A DNA stretch of 64,000 nt, from positions 4,382,369-4,446,368 of the forward strand of contig OZ242313.1 of the NCBI GenBank assembly GCA_965208065.1, in the 5' to 3' direction. This document shows, one piece after another, positions 1 to 10,202 of this stretch. The notes beneath the pieces were generated by a model. That model was not told the origin of the DNA, ran no database searches, and was given only the letters and a program-made list of their open reading frames with translations. The translations under genes and the position numbers were made by a program. This DNA comes from Spirochaetia bacterium (GTDB lineage Bacteria > Spirochaetota > Spirochaetia > SZUA-6 > Bin103). Within the stretch, counting starts at the first letter, position 1; each line of letters opens with the position of its first letter.

Positions 1-1
1 G

Positions 2-253
2 CCGCCGGAGATGGTGCAGGTAATGGAGTGGTACCGCGAAGGCCTGGGCACCACCGACGCCGCCTTGCGCAAGGATATCTGGTTCCGGATGGTCGACGTG
101 GCCGCCGACAACCTGTGGGTCATCGGCACCGTGCAGCACCCCGGCTACTTCAAGGTGCTCAACACCAAGCTCGCCAACTACCCGGAGGAAACCCATCCGT
201 GGGACCGGGGCGGCGACAAGGGGCGCCCCGAAATCTGGTTCTACCGCCAGTAG
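2..253 (+). CDS. ABC transporter substrate-binding protein (family 5, peptide/nickel type), C-terminal fragment cut by window edge
   Basis: ORF-track translation shows typical C-terminal SBP_bac_5 residues and lies immediately upstream of DppB/DppC permease genes on the same strand; the 5' end is outside the window. Confidence 0.6.
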   Translation, partial: PPEMVQVMEWYREGLGTTDAALRKDIWFRMVDVAADNLWVIGTVQHPGYFKVLNTKLANYPEETHPWDRGGDKGRPEIWFYRQ

Positions 254-374
254 CGAAAGGGCTGACGCGCCCGCGGCGAAAGTCCGGGCGCGTCGGAACT
301 GAAGCCGGCCAGAGGACGGCAGGCGTACCGCACGCTGCCGCCCACTGGCCGCGGCTGGCCTGAGCGCGCAGATC

Positions 375-1361
375 ATGACCGAATACCTGATTCGCCGCCT
401 GCTGCTGATCGTCCCGGTCCTGCTGCTCATTTCGTTGCTCGCCTTTATCGTGATGGAGGCGCCGCCGGGCGACTTCGTCACCTCCTACATGATGCGGCAG
501 GCAGAGGCGGGCGCCCTGTTCGACGGCGCCGGCGTCGAGGAAGGGCTGCGCGCGATGTGGGGCCTGGACAAGCCGTGGTACGTGCGCTACCTGCGCTGGC
601 TCGGCAACCTGCTGCGCGGCGACCTGGGCTACTCGCTGTTCTGGCAGGCCCCGGTGGGCGAGATCATCGCCTCGCGCTTCATACTCAGCATGACGGTGGC
701 GTTGGCCGCGACCGTGCTGGTGTGGGTGATCGCGTTCCCGATCGGAATCTACTCGGCAACCCGGCAGTATTCCCTGTCCGACAATGCCGTTACCTTCGTC
801 GGCTTCCTGGGCCTGTCGATACCGAACTTCCTGCTGGCGCTGATCATGATGTATCTCGCCAACCGCTTCCTGAACATCTCGATCGGCGGCCTGTTCTCGC
901 AGAAGTACGTCACCGCCGAGTGGAGCTGGGGCAAGCTGCTCGACTTCCTCGGGCATCTGTGGGTTCCCATCATCGTGATCGGCGTGGCGGGCACCGCCGG
1001 ATTGATCCGGATTCTGCGCGCCAACCTGCTGGACGAGATCAGCAAGTCGTACGTGGAGATGGCGCGGGCCAAGGGACTGCGCGAGACGGTGCTGATCATG
1101 AAGTACCCGGTGCGCATCGCCATCAACCCGTTCATCTCGTCGATCGGCTGGGTGCTGCCGGGCATGATCTCCGGCGACGTGATCGTGTCGGTGGTGCTCG
1201 GCCTGCCCACCGCCGGGCCGCTGTTCCTGCAGGCGCTGCGCCAGCAGGACATGATGCTCGCCGGCGCGTACATCATGCTGATCTCGATTTGCACGGTGGT
1301 CGGCATCCTGCTGTCGGACATCCTGCTGGCGGTAGTCGACCCCCGCATCAGGTACCACTAG
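375..1361 (+). CDS. dppB: peptide ABC transporter permease (DppB/OppB-like)
   Basis: 328 aa; N-terminal TM helix plus the BPD_transp_1 pattern; operon position after the SBP fragment. Confidence 0.9.
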   Translation: MTEYLIRRLLLIVPVLLLISLLAFIVMEAPPGDFVTSYMMRQAEAGALFDGAGVEEGLRAMWGLDKPWYVRYLRWLGNLLRGDLGYSLFWQAPVGEIIASRFILSMTVALAATVLVWVIAFPIGIYSATRQYSLSDNAVTFVGFLGLSIPNFLLALIMMYLANRFLNISIGGLFSQKYVTAEWSWGKLLDFLGHLWVPIIVIGVAGTAGLIRILRANLLDEISKSYVEMARAKGLRETVLIMKYPVRIAINPFISSIGWVLPGMISGDVIVSVVLGLPTAGPLFLQALRQQDMMLAGAYIMLISICTVVGILLSDILLAVVDPRIRYH

Positions 1362-1365
1362 CAGC

Positions 1366-2478
1366 ATGGCGACCGAACTGGCGACTCACGAAGCACTGGC
1401 CGCGCCGCGCGCGAGCATCCCGCAGTGGCGGCTGGTGTGGCGCAAGTTCAGGAAGAGCCGGCTGGCGGTGGCCGGCGCTATCGCCATCGTCCTCTGCTAC
1501 CTCATGGCCGCCTTCGCCGAGTTCTGCGCGCCTTACGATCCGCGCTTCCGCGACGTCGAGCACCCGGCCGCGCCGCCCATGCGCGTGCGCCTGTTTGCCG
1601 ACGGACGCCTGCAGCGGCCGTTCGTGTACGGCGTGGTGCAGACGGTCAACATGGAGACCCTCACCCGGAGCTACGAAATCGACCCCGACCGGCGCCATCC
1701 GATTGCCCTGTTCGTGCGCGGCGACGGTTACCGGCTGTGGGACGTCTTGGCGGGGGAGATCCACCTGTTCGGCACCGCCGACGGCGGCCGGGCGTACCTG
1801 CTCGGCACCGACCGCGACGGCCGCGACCTGCTGTCGCGCATCATCCTCGGCTCCCGTCTGTCGCTGTCGATCGGCTTGGTGGGGGTGGCGCTGAGCTTCT
1901 GCTTCGGAATCGTGCTGGGCTCGATCTCCGGCTACTTCGGCGGGGTGGTGGACATGGTGATTCAGCGCTTCATCGAGGTGCTCACCTCCATCCCCACCCT
2001 GCCGCTGTGGATGGGGCTGAGCGCGGCCCTGCCGCTGCGCTGGCCGGTGGTGAAGGTGTTCTTCTTCATCTCCCTGATCCTGTCGCTGCTCGGCTGGCCG
2101 GAACTGGCGCGCGTGGTGCGCGGCAAGTACCTGTCGCTGCGCGAGGAGGACTTCATCACCTCGGCGGTGCTGGACGGGGTGGGCACCCGCGGCGTGATTT
2201 TCCGCCACATGCTGCCGTCGTTCATGAGCCACATCATCGCCGCGGCCACCCTGGCGGTGCCGAGCATGATCCTGGCGGAGACGGCGCTCAGCTTCCTCGG
2301 CATCGGCCTGCGCCCGCCGGCGGTAAGCTGGGGCGTGCTGCTGCAGGACGCGCAGAGCGTCGACTCGGTGGTGGCGATGCCGTGGCTGTTCACCCCCGGC
2401 CTGTTCGTGGTGGTCAGCGTGCTCGCCTTCAACTTCTTCGGCGACGGCCTGCGCGACGCCGCCGACCCCTACAAGTAA
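1366..2478 (+). CDS. dppC: peptide ABC transporter permease (DppC/OppC-like)
   Basis: 370 aa; the EAA loop region 'ELARVVRGKYLSLREEDF' is typical of DppC/OppC; follows dppB with a 4-nt gap. Confidence 0.9.
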   Translation: MATELATHEALAAPRASIPQWRLVWRKFRKSRLAVAGAIAIVLCYLMAAFAEFCAPYDPRFRDVEHPAAPPMRVRLFADGRLQRPFVYGVVQTVNMETLTRSYEIDPDRRHPIALFVRGDGYRLWDVLAGEIHLFGTADGGRAYLLGTDRDGRDLLSRIILGSRLSLSIGLVGVALSFCFGIVLGSISGYFGGVVDMVIQRFIEVLTSIPTLPLWMGLSAALPLRWPVVKVFFFISLILSLLGWPELARVVRGKYLSLREEDFITSAVLDGVGTRGVIFRHMLPSFMSHIIAAATLAVPSMILAETALSFLGIGLRPPAVSWGVLLQDAQSVDSVVAMPWLFTPGLFVVVSVLAFNFFGDGLRDAADPYK

Positions 2479-2574
2479 GCCGGCACCCTCCACCGTTGCC
2501 GGTAGCATTCTTCTCCGTTCGTTTTCTTGAGAGGGCGGCCCCAAAGGGGTACGGTAGTAACGAGGTTTCCCGCT

Positions 2575-4368
2575 GTGGACGTGACTCCCGCATACCCGCG
2601 CATTCCCTACGGCGAGGCCGACTTCAGGCGCATCCGCCTGCGCCAATGGCTGTACGTCGACAAGACCCGCTTCCTGCGGCGTCTGGAACAGGAGCGCTAC
2701 GCCTTCCTGATCCGGCCGCGGCGGTTCGGCAAGTCGCTGTGGGTGTCGCTGCTGGAAAACTACTACGACCGCTGGTGGGGCCACGAGTTCGATGCCGTGT
2801 TTGCCGGGACCGACATCGGGCACAACCCGACGACGGAGCGCCATCGCTACGTTGTCCTGCGCTTCAACTTCTCGGCGGTCAACGATAATCTCGAGACCCT
2901 GGAGCGGGAGTTCGAGACTTACTGCCACATCGAGCTCCGGGGCGCTCTGGAACGGTATCCCGATCTGTTCTCCGAATCGGCGCTGCGGCGCATTCTCGCG
3001 CCGCCCTCCATCGCCACCAGACTCAGCGAGCTGTTTCGATACGTCAGCAACCACGACATCCCGCTGTACGTGCTGATCGACGAGTACGACAACTTTGCCA
3101 ACACGGTGCTGGCGCACCACGGCGCCAATGCGTACGAGGCTTTCACGCACGGCGGCGGCTTCTTCCGCAACTTCTTCGCCACTCTGAAGTCCGGCACAGA
3201 ACGCAGCGGCGGTGGCATCGAACGCCTGTTCGTTACCGGGGTGTCTCCGGTGACCATGGACGACGTGACCAGCGGCTTCAACATTGGCGTCAACATCAGC
3301 ATGGACCCGGACTTCAACGAGATGGTCGGCTTCACCGCGGCGGAGGTGCGCCGCTTGGTCGAGACCTACCGCGACCACGGCGTCTTCGACCAGGACGTGG
3401 AAGAAGCCATGGCCCTCATGGGCGAGTGGTACAACGGCTACCGATTCGCCAAGACCGCCGATGTCGATCTCTACAACACCGACATGGTGCTCTACTACCT
3501 GAAGCATTCGATGCCGAATCGGCCCGTACCCGACGAACTCATCGACACGAATGTCCGCATCGACTACGACAAACTGCGCCATCTGCTGGTGATCGGCCGG
3601 CAACTGAACGGCAACTTCGACCTGCTGCGGGACATCGTCGGCGAAGCGCAGGTGGACACCCGCATCCAAACGAGCTTCCCGGCGAAACGGCTCACCCGAC
3701 CCGAGAACTTCCTCTCGCTACTGCACTATTTCGGCCTGCTGAGCATCCGCGGGGTCGTGCGCGGCATTCCGCGGCTGGCGATCCCCAACCAGACGGTGAA
3801 GCGGCTGCTGTACGGATATCTTCGCGACGGCTACCACGATGTCGAGGCGTTCTCGGTCGACCTGTTCCGGTTCGAGCAGTTGCTGATGCGAATGGCCAAC
3901 GAGGGAGAGTGGCGGCAGGCGTTGGCGTTCCTGGGCGAGGCGATCGCACGGCAGACGGGGATCCGCGACTACATCGCCGGGGAGAAGGTGGTGCAAGGGT
4001 TCCTGGCCGCCTATCTGAGCGTGACCGACTACTTCGTCTTCCGCTCGGAGGCGGAGCTGGGAAAAGGACATGCCGACATCAGCCTGGAACCGCTGATCGC
4101 GCGCTACCCGCACCTGCGGCGCGGCTACCTGATCGAGTTGAAGTACCTGCGGCGCAGCGAGCCGGCGGACGCCGGAGTGGCCGCTGCGGTGCGCGCCGCG
4201 ACCGGCCAGTTGCGACGCTACTTGACCGACGAGCGGCTGGTGCGGCAGTTTCCGGGGGTGCGCTTCACAGGCTTGGCGGTGGTGTTTCACGGCTGGGAGC
4301 TCGCGTACTGCGAAGCAGTCAGCGACCGATCGATGACAGCCGCTCCACCGGACACCGCCGCTCCCTGA
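2575..4368 (+). CDS. AAA-ATPase-like domain protein (PF09820-type N-terminus with a PD-(D/E)XK nuclease-like C-terminus)
   Basis: Motif 'YVDKTRFLRRLEQERYAFLIRPRRFGKSLWVSLLENYY' is the hallmark of the predicted AAA-ATPase family. The start was reassigned to the GTG at 2575, with GAGG 9 nt upstream; the track start at 2527 is a TTG. Confidence 0.75.
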   Translation: MDVTPAYPRIPYGEADFRRIRLRQWLYVDKTRFLRRLEQERYAFLIRPRRFGKSLWVSLLENYYDRWWGHEFDAVFAGTDIGHNPTTERHRYVVLRFNFSAVNDNLETLEREFETYCHIELRGALERYPDLFSESALRRILAPPSIATRLSELFRYVSNHDIPLYVLIDEYDNFANTVLAHHGANAYEAFTHGGGFFRNFFATLKSGTERSGGGIERLFVTGVSPVTMDDVTSGFNIGVNISMDPDFNEMVGFTAAEVRRLVETYRDHGVFDQDVEEAMALMGEWYNGYRFAKTADVDLYNTDMVLYYLKHSMPNRPVPDELIDTNVRIDYDKLRHLLVIGRQLNGNFDLLRDIVGEAQVDTRIQTSFPAKRLTRPENFLSLLHYFGLLSIRGVVRGIPRLAIPNQTVKRLLYGYLRDGYHDVEAFSVDLFRFEQLLMRMANEGEWRQALAFLGEAIARQTGIRDYIAGEKVVQGFLAAYLSVTDYFVFRSEAELGKGHADISLEPLIARYPHLRRGYLIELKYLRRSEPADAGVAAAVRAATGQLRRYLTDERLVRQFPGVRFTGLAVVFHGWELAYCEAVSDRSMTAAPPDTAAP

Positions 4369-4453
4369 ACCGAAGCCGGACGCTCGGCGACAGCGGCCGG
4401 ATACCGTCGCCGCCAGCGGACCTCGCCGCGGGAAGCACATTGAGCGAATGCAC

Positions 4454-4490
4454 CCAGGCGCGCCAGGCGCGCCAGGCGCGCAGGCGCGCA
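4454..4490. repeat. 9-bp tandem repeat (CCAGGCGCG x ~3.5) in the intergenic region before dppD
   Basis: Direct reading of the sequence: ccaggcgcg repeated at 4454, 4463 and 4472, followed by a degenerate copy. Confidence 0.8.
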
Positions 4491-4497
4491 GCGCGAG

Positions 4498-4526
4498 TTG
4501 ACACCGTGATGCCCGCATGCAGAATT
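4498..4526 (+). promoter_or_regulatory. candidate sigma70-like promoter restarting dppDF transcription (TTGACA -35, weak -10)
   Basis: A perfect TTGACA hexamer at 4498-4503 and a weak -10-like hexamer (4521-4526, ~17-nt spacer) just ahead of the dppD start at 4543; GGGAG RBS at 4531-4535. The -10 match is weak and the leader would be very short, so this is tentative. Confidence 0.35.
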
Positions 4527-4542
4527 GCAACGGGAGCGCGCG

Positions 4543-5559
4543 GTGGACGGGAAGTTGCTTGAGGTGAAGGACCTGTCCATTTCGTTTCCGACCGAGGCGG
4601 GTGTAATCCGGGCGGTCAACGAGGTGTCGTTCGAGGTACCGCGGCGCACCACCGTGGGCGTGGTGGGGGAGAGCGGCTGCGGCAAGTCGGTTACCGCCCG
4701 CGCCCTGCTCAACATCGTGCAGCCGCCGGGGCGCATTGACGGCGGCGAAGTGCTGTTCCATGGCGACGACGGCGCGGGCGAGCCGGTCGACCTGCTGTCG
4801 ATGGCGCCCAAGGGCGCGGCCATCCGCCACTTCCGCGGCAAGCGCATCGCCATGATCTTCCAGGATCCGATGACCTGCCTGAGCCCCGTGCACACGGTCG
4901 GCAACCAGATCGCCGAGTCGATCCGCATCCACGACCGCGACGTGTCCGCTGGCGAGGCGCGCGACCGGGCGGTGGCGCTGCTGACCGAGGTGGGCATCCC
5001 CAACCCGGCGGGACGCCTGGATTCCTACTCCTTCGAACTCAGCGGCGGCATGCGCCAGCGCGCGCTGATGGCGGTGGCGCTGGCGGCGGAGCCGGAGCTG
5101 CTGATCGCGGACGAGCCCACCACCGCCATCGACGTCACCATCCAGGCCAAGTTCCTGGACCTGATCGGGCGCCTGCAGGACGAGCGCCACATGTCGATTC
5201 TGTTCATTACCCACGACCTGGGCGTGATCGCCGAGATCAGCCGCGTGGTGGTGGTGATGTATCTCGGCCGCGTGGTCGAGGTCGGCCGGGTGGAGGAGAT
5301 CTACGAGCGCCCGCTGCATCCCTACACCCAGCTCCTGTTCCGGTCGATCCCGAACGAGCACGTGCCGCGCAAGACGCCGCTGGCCCAGATCAAGGGCGTG
5401 GTGCCGGACCCGTTCTCGCGCCCACCGGGCTGTCCGTTCAGCGACCGCTGCCCGAGCTTCGTGCAGGGCACCTGCGACGCCGCGGTGCCGCCGCTGTACG
5501 AGGTGGAGGAACAGCACCACGCACGCTGCTTCCTCTACGACGGCGAGGTCGCCGGGTGA
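4543..5559 (+). CDS. dppD: peptide ABC transporter ATP-binding protein (DppD/OppD-like)
   Basis: Walker A 'GESGCGKS', ABC signature 'LSGGMRQR', and a C-terminal oligopeptide-transporter extension with Cys motif. Start is the GTG at 4543; the track start at 4525 is a TTG. Confidence 0.9.
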   Translation: MDGKLLEVKDLSISFPTEAGVIRAVNEVSFEVPRRTTVGVVGESGCGKSVTARALLNIVQPPGRIDGGEVLFHGDDGAGEPVDLLSMAPKGAAIRHFRGKRIAMIFQDPMTCLSPVHTVGNQIAESIRIHDRDVSAGEARDRAVALLTEVGIPNPAGRLDSYSFELSGGMRQRALMAVALAAEPELLIADEPTTAIDVTIQAKFLDLIGRLQDERHMSILFITHDLGVIAEISRVVVVMYLGRVVEVGRVEEIYERPLHPYTQLLFRSIPNEHVPRKTPLAQIKGVVPDPFSRPPGCPFSDRCPSFVQGTCDAAVPPLYEVEEQHHARCFLYDGEVAG

Positions 5560-6575
5560 CCGACAAGGCGAACGGCGCGCTGTTGGAGCTGCGCCGCCTG
5601 CGCAAGCACTTTCCGATCCAGCGGGGCGTGTTGCGGCGCACCGTGGGCTGGATCCGCGCCGTGGACGACATCGACCTGGAGGTGAACACCGGCGAGACCG
5701 TGGGCCTGGTCGGCGAGAGCGGCTGCGGCAAGACCACCGCCCTGCGCACCATCGTGCGCGCCGTCGAGCCGACCGACGGCGAGATCCTGTTCCGGACCAA
5801 CGGCGAGATGAAGTCGATCACCGCTCTCGAATCCGACGCACTGCGGGAAGTGCGGCAGCAGATACGGGTGATCTTTCAGGACCCGCAGTCTTCGCTCAAT
5901 CCGCGCTTCAAGATCCGGGACATCATCGCCGAGCCGCTGAAGGCGTACGGCGTGACCGCCAGCCGCGGCGAGCTCGACGACATCGTCGTCGACACCATGG
6001 AGCGGGTCGGTCTGGACCGCGCCTACGTCAACCACTACCCCTACTCGCTCAGCGGCGGCCAGCGCCAGCGGGTCGGCATCGCCCGCGCGCTGACCACGCG
6101 GCCGCGGCTGATCCTGGCCGACGAGCCCACCTCCGCTCTCGATGCCAGCGTGCAGGCACAGATCATCAACCTGCTGCTGCAGTTACAACAACAGATGCAC
6201 CTGTCGATGTTGTTCGTGACCCACGACCTGAGCGTGGTGCGCCACGTCAGCGACCGCATCGCGATCATGTACCTGGGCGAAATCGTGGAACTCGGCGACA
6301 CCGACGAGGTGTTCCAGCGCCCCCGCCACCCCTACACCGAGGCGCTGTTCGCCGCCATCCCCAAGCCCGACCCGCGCCAGCCCAGCCGCCGGATCATCGT
6401 GGAAGGCGACATCCCCGATCCCGCCCACCGGCCGTCCGGTTGCCCGTTCCACCCCCGCTGCCGCTACGCCACCGACCTGTGCTCAACCGAGAAACCGGCC
6501 CTCGAGAACCGCGACGGCGCCCACCCCGTAGCCTGCCACTTTCCCCTCCCCCACGGCGAACAACCGGCCGAATAG
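5556..6575 (+). CDS. dppF: peptide ABC transporter ATP-binding protein (DppF/OppF-like)
   Basis: Walker A 'GESGCGKT', 'LSGGQRQR' signature; GTG start overlapping the dppD stop (GTGA). Confidence 0.9.
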   Translation: MTDKANGALLELRRLRKHFPIQRGVLRRTVGWIRAVDDIDLEVNTGETVGLVGESGCGKTTALRTIVRAVEPTDGEILFRTNGEMKSITALESDALREVRQQIRVIFQDPQSSLNPRFKIRDIIAEPLKAYGVTASRGELDDIVVDTMERVGLDRAYVNHYPYSLSGGQRQRVGIARALTTRPRLILADEPTSALDASVQAQIINLLLQLQQQMHLSMLFVTHDLSVVRHVSDRIAIMYLGEIVELGDTDEVFQRPRHPYTEALFAAIPKPDPRQPSRRIIVEGDIPDPAHRPSGCPFHPRCRYATDLCSTEKPALENRDGAHPVACHFPLPHGEQPAE

Positions 6576-6591
6576 GCTGGCGCCAGCGGTG

Positions 6592-7455
6592 TCAGGGGCC
6601 TCCGGCGGCGGGAGCCGCGGCGCCGAATTTCCAGATGCTGAGCGCCGTCTTGGCGAACAGCCACTCATGGTCTGCGGCGTTCAGGAAGGGCATGTGGCGG
6701 CGAAACAGGTCCAGGGCGGCGCGGTAGCCGATGTTGCGGAAGATGTGTGGGAAGTCGGTGCCCCACAGCAGTCGCTTCGGACCGAAGGCGTCGTAGATGC
6801 GCTCGTAGACCGCATGCTGATCCGGGAACGGGTAGCGGTCGGCTCCCGCTCCCGGCAGCGCGGCCTGCGCCGCCTGCGGCGTGAGCTTGACGTACACGTT
6901 CGGGTAGCGCGCCAGGGCGAGGACCTTGCGCAACTGCGGAAGGGGCTGTTCCTCGTACACCGCGGCGCCGCCGAGGTGATCGAGAATCACCTTGACCCCT
7001 TCGTGGCGGGCAACGATCGGCTCGATGGCCGGCTGCATCGCCGCCGGGCCGAAGCTCAGCATGCAGGCGCCCAGTTCCTCCGCCTTGCCCCAGATCGGGT
7101 CCTGGCCGGGAGCCGCCCACTCCGCCGGGTCGTCGGCTCGCCCCAGGTGCATGCGCAACCCCTCGAAGCCGTCTTCCGAGACCAGCCGTTCAAGCCGCTC
7201 CACCGCATCGGGCGCACGCCGGTCCATGATCGCGATGCCGGCGAAGGTGGTAGGGTACCGGGACAGGCAGTCGGCAACGTAGCGGTTGTCGAACAGGTAG
7301 TGGATCGGCTGCACGATGCACGCCTTGTCGACGCCGTGCTTGGCCATGGTCTCCAGCAGCAGCGCCACCGTGCCTGCCTCCGCCGTCCCCTCACCGGCCC
7401 ACGGATAACGCTCCGGGTCGTCGCTCCACACGTGCAAATGGCTGTCGATGATCAT
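6592..7455 (-). CDS. amidohydrolase family 2 (PF04909-like metal-dependent hydrolase / lactonase)
   Basis: 287 aa; N-terminal 'IIDSHLHVW' and C-terminal 'LLWGTDFPH' motifs typical of amidohydrolase_2. Confidence 0.85.
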   Translation of the reverse strand: MIIDSHLHVWSDDPERYPWAGEGTAEAGTVALLLETMAKHGVDKACIVQPIHYLFDNRYVADCLSRYPTTFAGIAIMDRRAPDAVERLERLVSEDGFEGLRMHLGRADDPAEWAAPGQDPIWGKAEELGACMLSFGPAAMQPAIEPIVARHEGVKVILDHLGGAAVYEEQPLPQLRKVLALARYPNVYVKLTPQAAQAALPGAGADRYPFPDQHAVYERIYDAFGPKRLLWGTDFPHIFRNIGYRAALDLFRRHMPFLNAADHEWLFAKTALSIWKFGAAAPAAGGP

Positions 7456-7487
7456 CGTTTCTCCCGCAGCTCCACTATACTGGAGCG

Positions 7488-8282
7488 ATGATCAAGCTTG
7501 GCTGCAACTTTCTGAGCCTCCGGGACACCGGCGTCGAAGAGTTCATCAGGATCTGCTACGACCTGCGGCTGGACGTGGTCGACTTCCACCAGCAGGCGTT
7601 CCAGTCGACCGACCCGGCCTACCTCACCCCCATCAAGCTGCTGTGCCTCCGGTACGGCCTGCCGATCGGCTACATAGGCGTCAGCGGGCTGTTCCACGGT
7701 ACCGCCGAGGAGCGCCGCCGGCACGCCGCCGACTCGAAACGCGCCGTCGACCTGGCGGCGTTCCTGGGCTCGCCCCTCATCCGCATGTTCTGCGCCACCG
7801 TCCCGGCCAGGAACGGCGACGGCGAGCACACTTGGCCGGCGATGATCGCCGGCTACCGCGAGGTGGCCGACTATGCCGCCGCCCGCGGCGTTGCCATCGG
7901 CCTGCAGAACCACCCGTCGACCGGCAAGGAGATGCTGCGCATCCGGCGCGAGGTCGACCGCGACAACTTCAACTTCATCATGGATACGGGGCAGTGGCTG
8001 GGATCGCCGGGCTCCGAGCCGCGCGGCGAGACCGATCCGCGGCACGACTTCTACGGCTACATGGCGCAGACCATTGCGCATGCCTCCTACATCCGCACCA
8101 AGTTCTACCGCATCGAGAGCGGCACCGAAGAGTGGCTCGACTACGAGCGCATCGTCGCGATCATCAAGGCCGCGGGTTACAACGGCTGCATCTCCATCGT
8201 GTACGAGGGCGAGCACCCGGACCGCGTCGAGCAGGTCCGTCTCGCCGCGGCCTGGCTTCGGGACCGCCTGGCGGGATTCTGA
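7488..8282 (+). CDS. sugar phosphate isomerase/epimerase (xylose-isomerase-like TIM barrel)
   Basis: 264 aa with AP_endonuc_2-like pattern; divergent from the amidohydrolase gene. Confidence 0.8.
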   Translation: MIKLGCNFLSLRDTGVEEFIRICYDLRLDVVDFHQQAFQSTDPAYLTPIKLLCLRYGLPIGYIGVSGLFHGTAEERRRHAADSKRAVDLAAFLGSPLIRMFCATVPARNGDGEHTWPAMIAGYREVADYAAARGVAIGLQNHPSTGKEMLRIRREVDRDNFNFIMDTGQWLGSPGSEPRGETDPRHDFYGYMAQTIAHASYIRTKFYRIESGTEEWLDYERIVAIIKAAGYNGCISIVYEGEHPDRVEQVRLAAAWLRDRLAGF

Positions 8283-8347
8283 CCTCCGGCCGGTTACGCC
8301 GGGCGGCGCTCGTTGACACGGTGACGGGCGCGTGGCAGATTCGAGCG

Positions 8348-9223
8348 ATGCCCGCGACGGTGTTCGACCAAGCGCAAGTGGAAGCGTATCGCAACGACGG
8401 CTACCTGCTGCTGCGGGACGCGTTCGACGACGCGGCCTTACAGCCGGTGCGCGACGCCATCGACGCCGAGGTGGATCAGCTCGCCGTCCGGTTCCACCGG
8501 GAGGGCAAGGTCAGCTCGCTCTATGCGGATGAGCCGTTCAACCGGCGCCTGGTGCTGCTTTGCGAGGAAGCCGGGGAGCAGGTGAAGATCTGGGAGCTGC
8601 GAACGCGCGCCTCGGTTACTCCCGCGCTGTACGACTTCGTACGCCATCCCGCGCTGCTGGATCTTCTGACCGCATTGCTGGGCCCGGAAGTAGCCTGGAC
8701 GGGCAGCTTCGCGGTGCGCATCAAGCTGCCGGAGACCGAGGAGACCGCGTTCCCCTGGCACCAGGACACCCAGTACTACGGCAACCCGACCCAGCACCTG
8801 CACGTGATCTCGGTGTGGATTCCGCTGGTGGACGTGGACGAGCACAACGGCTGCATGCACTTGCTTGCCGGCAGCCACAAATGGGGTCTGCTCGACGGCG
8901 CGCGGGACGACCAGCGTGTGGTGCGCATGTTCGAGGACGTGGAACAACGTTCCAAACCGGTCGTGCTGCCGATGCGGCGCGGCGGCCTGCTGGCGTTCAG
9001 CAACCTCACCTGCCACGCCAGCATGATGAACACCACCAACGAGATGCGCTGGAGCGTCGACCTCCGCTACGTCGTCCCCGAGGCGGCCGCCGCGCGCAGC
9101 GACGACGAGCGGCATGGCTACGCCACCATCTACGACCACTACCGCATGCGCCCAATCACCGTGGCCAGCCGCGACCCCGACCAGGTAGTGCCCTGGGAGC
9201 AGATCCGCAACCTGGTCAGTTAA
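8348..9223 (+). CDS. phytanoyl-CoA dioxygenase (PhyH) family Fe(II)/2-oxoglutarate oxygenase
   Basis: 291 aa; 'FPWHQDTQYY' (HxD motif) plus a distal His consistent with the PhyH facial triad. Internal ATG at 8348 chosen within a long spurious upstream ORF. Confidence 0.85.
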   Translation: MPATVFDQAQVEAYRNDGYLLLRDAFDDAALQPVRDAIDAEVDQLAVRFHREGKVSSLYADEPFNRRLVLLCEEAGEQVKIWELRTRASVTPALYDFVRHPALLDLLTALLGPEVAWTGSFAVRIKLPETEETAFPWHQDTQYYGNPTQHLHVISVWIPLVDVDEHNGCMHLLAGSHKWGLLDGARDDQRVVRMFEDVEQRSKPVVLPMRRGGLLAFSNLTCHASMMNTTNEMRWSVDLRYVVPEAAAARSDDERHGYATIYDHYRMRPITVASRDPDQVVPWEQIRNLVS

Positions 9224-9303
9224 TACCCTCCTTACTACCCTCTCTCAAGCGCGGCGACCGATGGAAGGTTGCCGGGCGCCCTACAACCTCATAGTCTGGC
9301 CCC

Positions 9304-10167
9304 ATGGCTACTGCCCTGCCCCTGGTTGCCCACTCCACGCTGGAGGAGCAGATTGCGGCGCTGGAGCGTGACGGCTACCTCTACATTCCCGGGTTTCTGA
9401 ACGCGGACGAGGTGGCCGAGTTGCGCGCCGCCGCCGCGCGCATCGCGCCGGTGCCGGAGAACCTGGACACCGACCTGACACCGGAGCGCGACGGCTACCT
9501 GAACAAGTGCATCAACAACGCGTTCAACCGCGACCCGCTGTTCCTGAAGTACCTCGACAAGCCGGGCCTGATCGACCTGGCCGAAGCGGTCCACGGCACC
9601 GACTGCCACATCATCGCCATGCACACCTGGATGGTGGGCCCGGGCCGTCCCGACCAGTCCCTGCACACCGACTGGCTGCCGATCTCCCTGCCCGCGGACG
9701 TGGCGGCCGATCCCCGGGTGCGCCTGCCGATCTTCATCACCACCGCCCACGTCTACCTGGACGACATCACCGACGAGATCGGGCCCACCGCCATCGTACC
9801 GGGGAGCCACCGCTCCGGGCGCGCTCCCGACCCGGCCCAGGACGCCAGCCGGCGAGGCGACCGCAGCCGCGCCAACGGCGGCGCGGCGCCGTCACAGCCG
9901 GAACTGGAGTGGAACGGCGTTGGCGAGCACAGCCCGCTGTGCAAGGCGGGCGACTGCCTGTTCTTCCGCTGCGAACTGTGGCACCGCGGCGCCGCCAACC
10001 GCAGCGGCCGCATCCGCCACACCTTCATGATTCACTACGCGCACCGCATGATTGCCCAGAAGTTCCCGCCCTACCTGAAGTTCCGGTTCGACCCCGAGAT
10101 CGTCGCCCGTGCCACCCCGCGCCAGCGCCGCCTGCTCGGCGAGCACGCCCAGAGCAACTACGACTGA
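9304..10167 (+). CDS. phytanoyl-CoA dioxygenase (PhyH) family protein, paralogue 2
   Basis: 287 aa; PhyH-like 'SLHTDW' and 'WHRGAAN' motifs. Confidence 0.85.
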   Translation: MATALPLVAHSTLEEQIAALERDGYLYIPGFLNADEVAELRAAAARIAPVPENLDTDLTPERDGYLNKCINNAFNRDPLFLKYLDKPGLIDLAEAVHGTDCHIIAMHTWMVGPGRPDQSLHTDWLPISLPADVAADPRVRLPIFITTAHVYLDDITDEIGPTAIVPGSHRSGRAPDPAQDASRRGDRSRANGGAAPSQPELEWNGVGEHSPLCKAGDCLFFRCELWHRGAANRSGRIRHTFMIHYAHRMIAQKFPPYLKFRFDPEIVARATPRQRRLLGEHAQSNYD

Positions 10168-10202
10168 CCTGCTTCCGGCCGGTCGCGCCGTGATGCAGGC
10201 GC

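Noticed and set aside
4454-4490. Short tandem repeats (4454-4490, 57596-57619, 56005-56076) as possible CRISPR arrays
   Set aside because: Repeat units are 8-18 bp with no unique spacers and no cas genes; they are simple tandem repeats
159-5520. Long minus-strand ORFs (159..1367, 1348..3669, 3718..5520) opposite the dpp operon
   Set aside because: Arg/Gly/His/Asp-rich low-complexity translations with no motifs, lying antisense to well-supported ABC transporter genes; typical high-GC antisense artefacts
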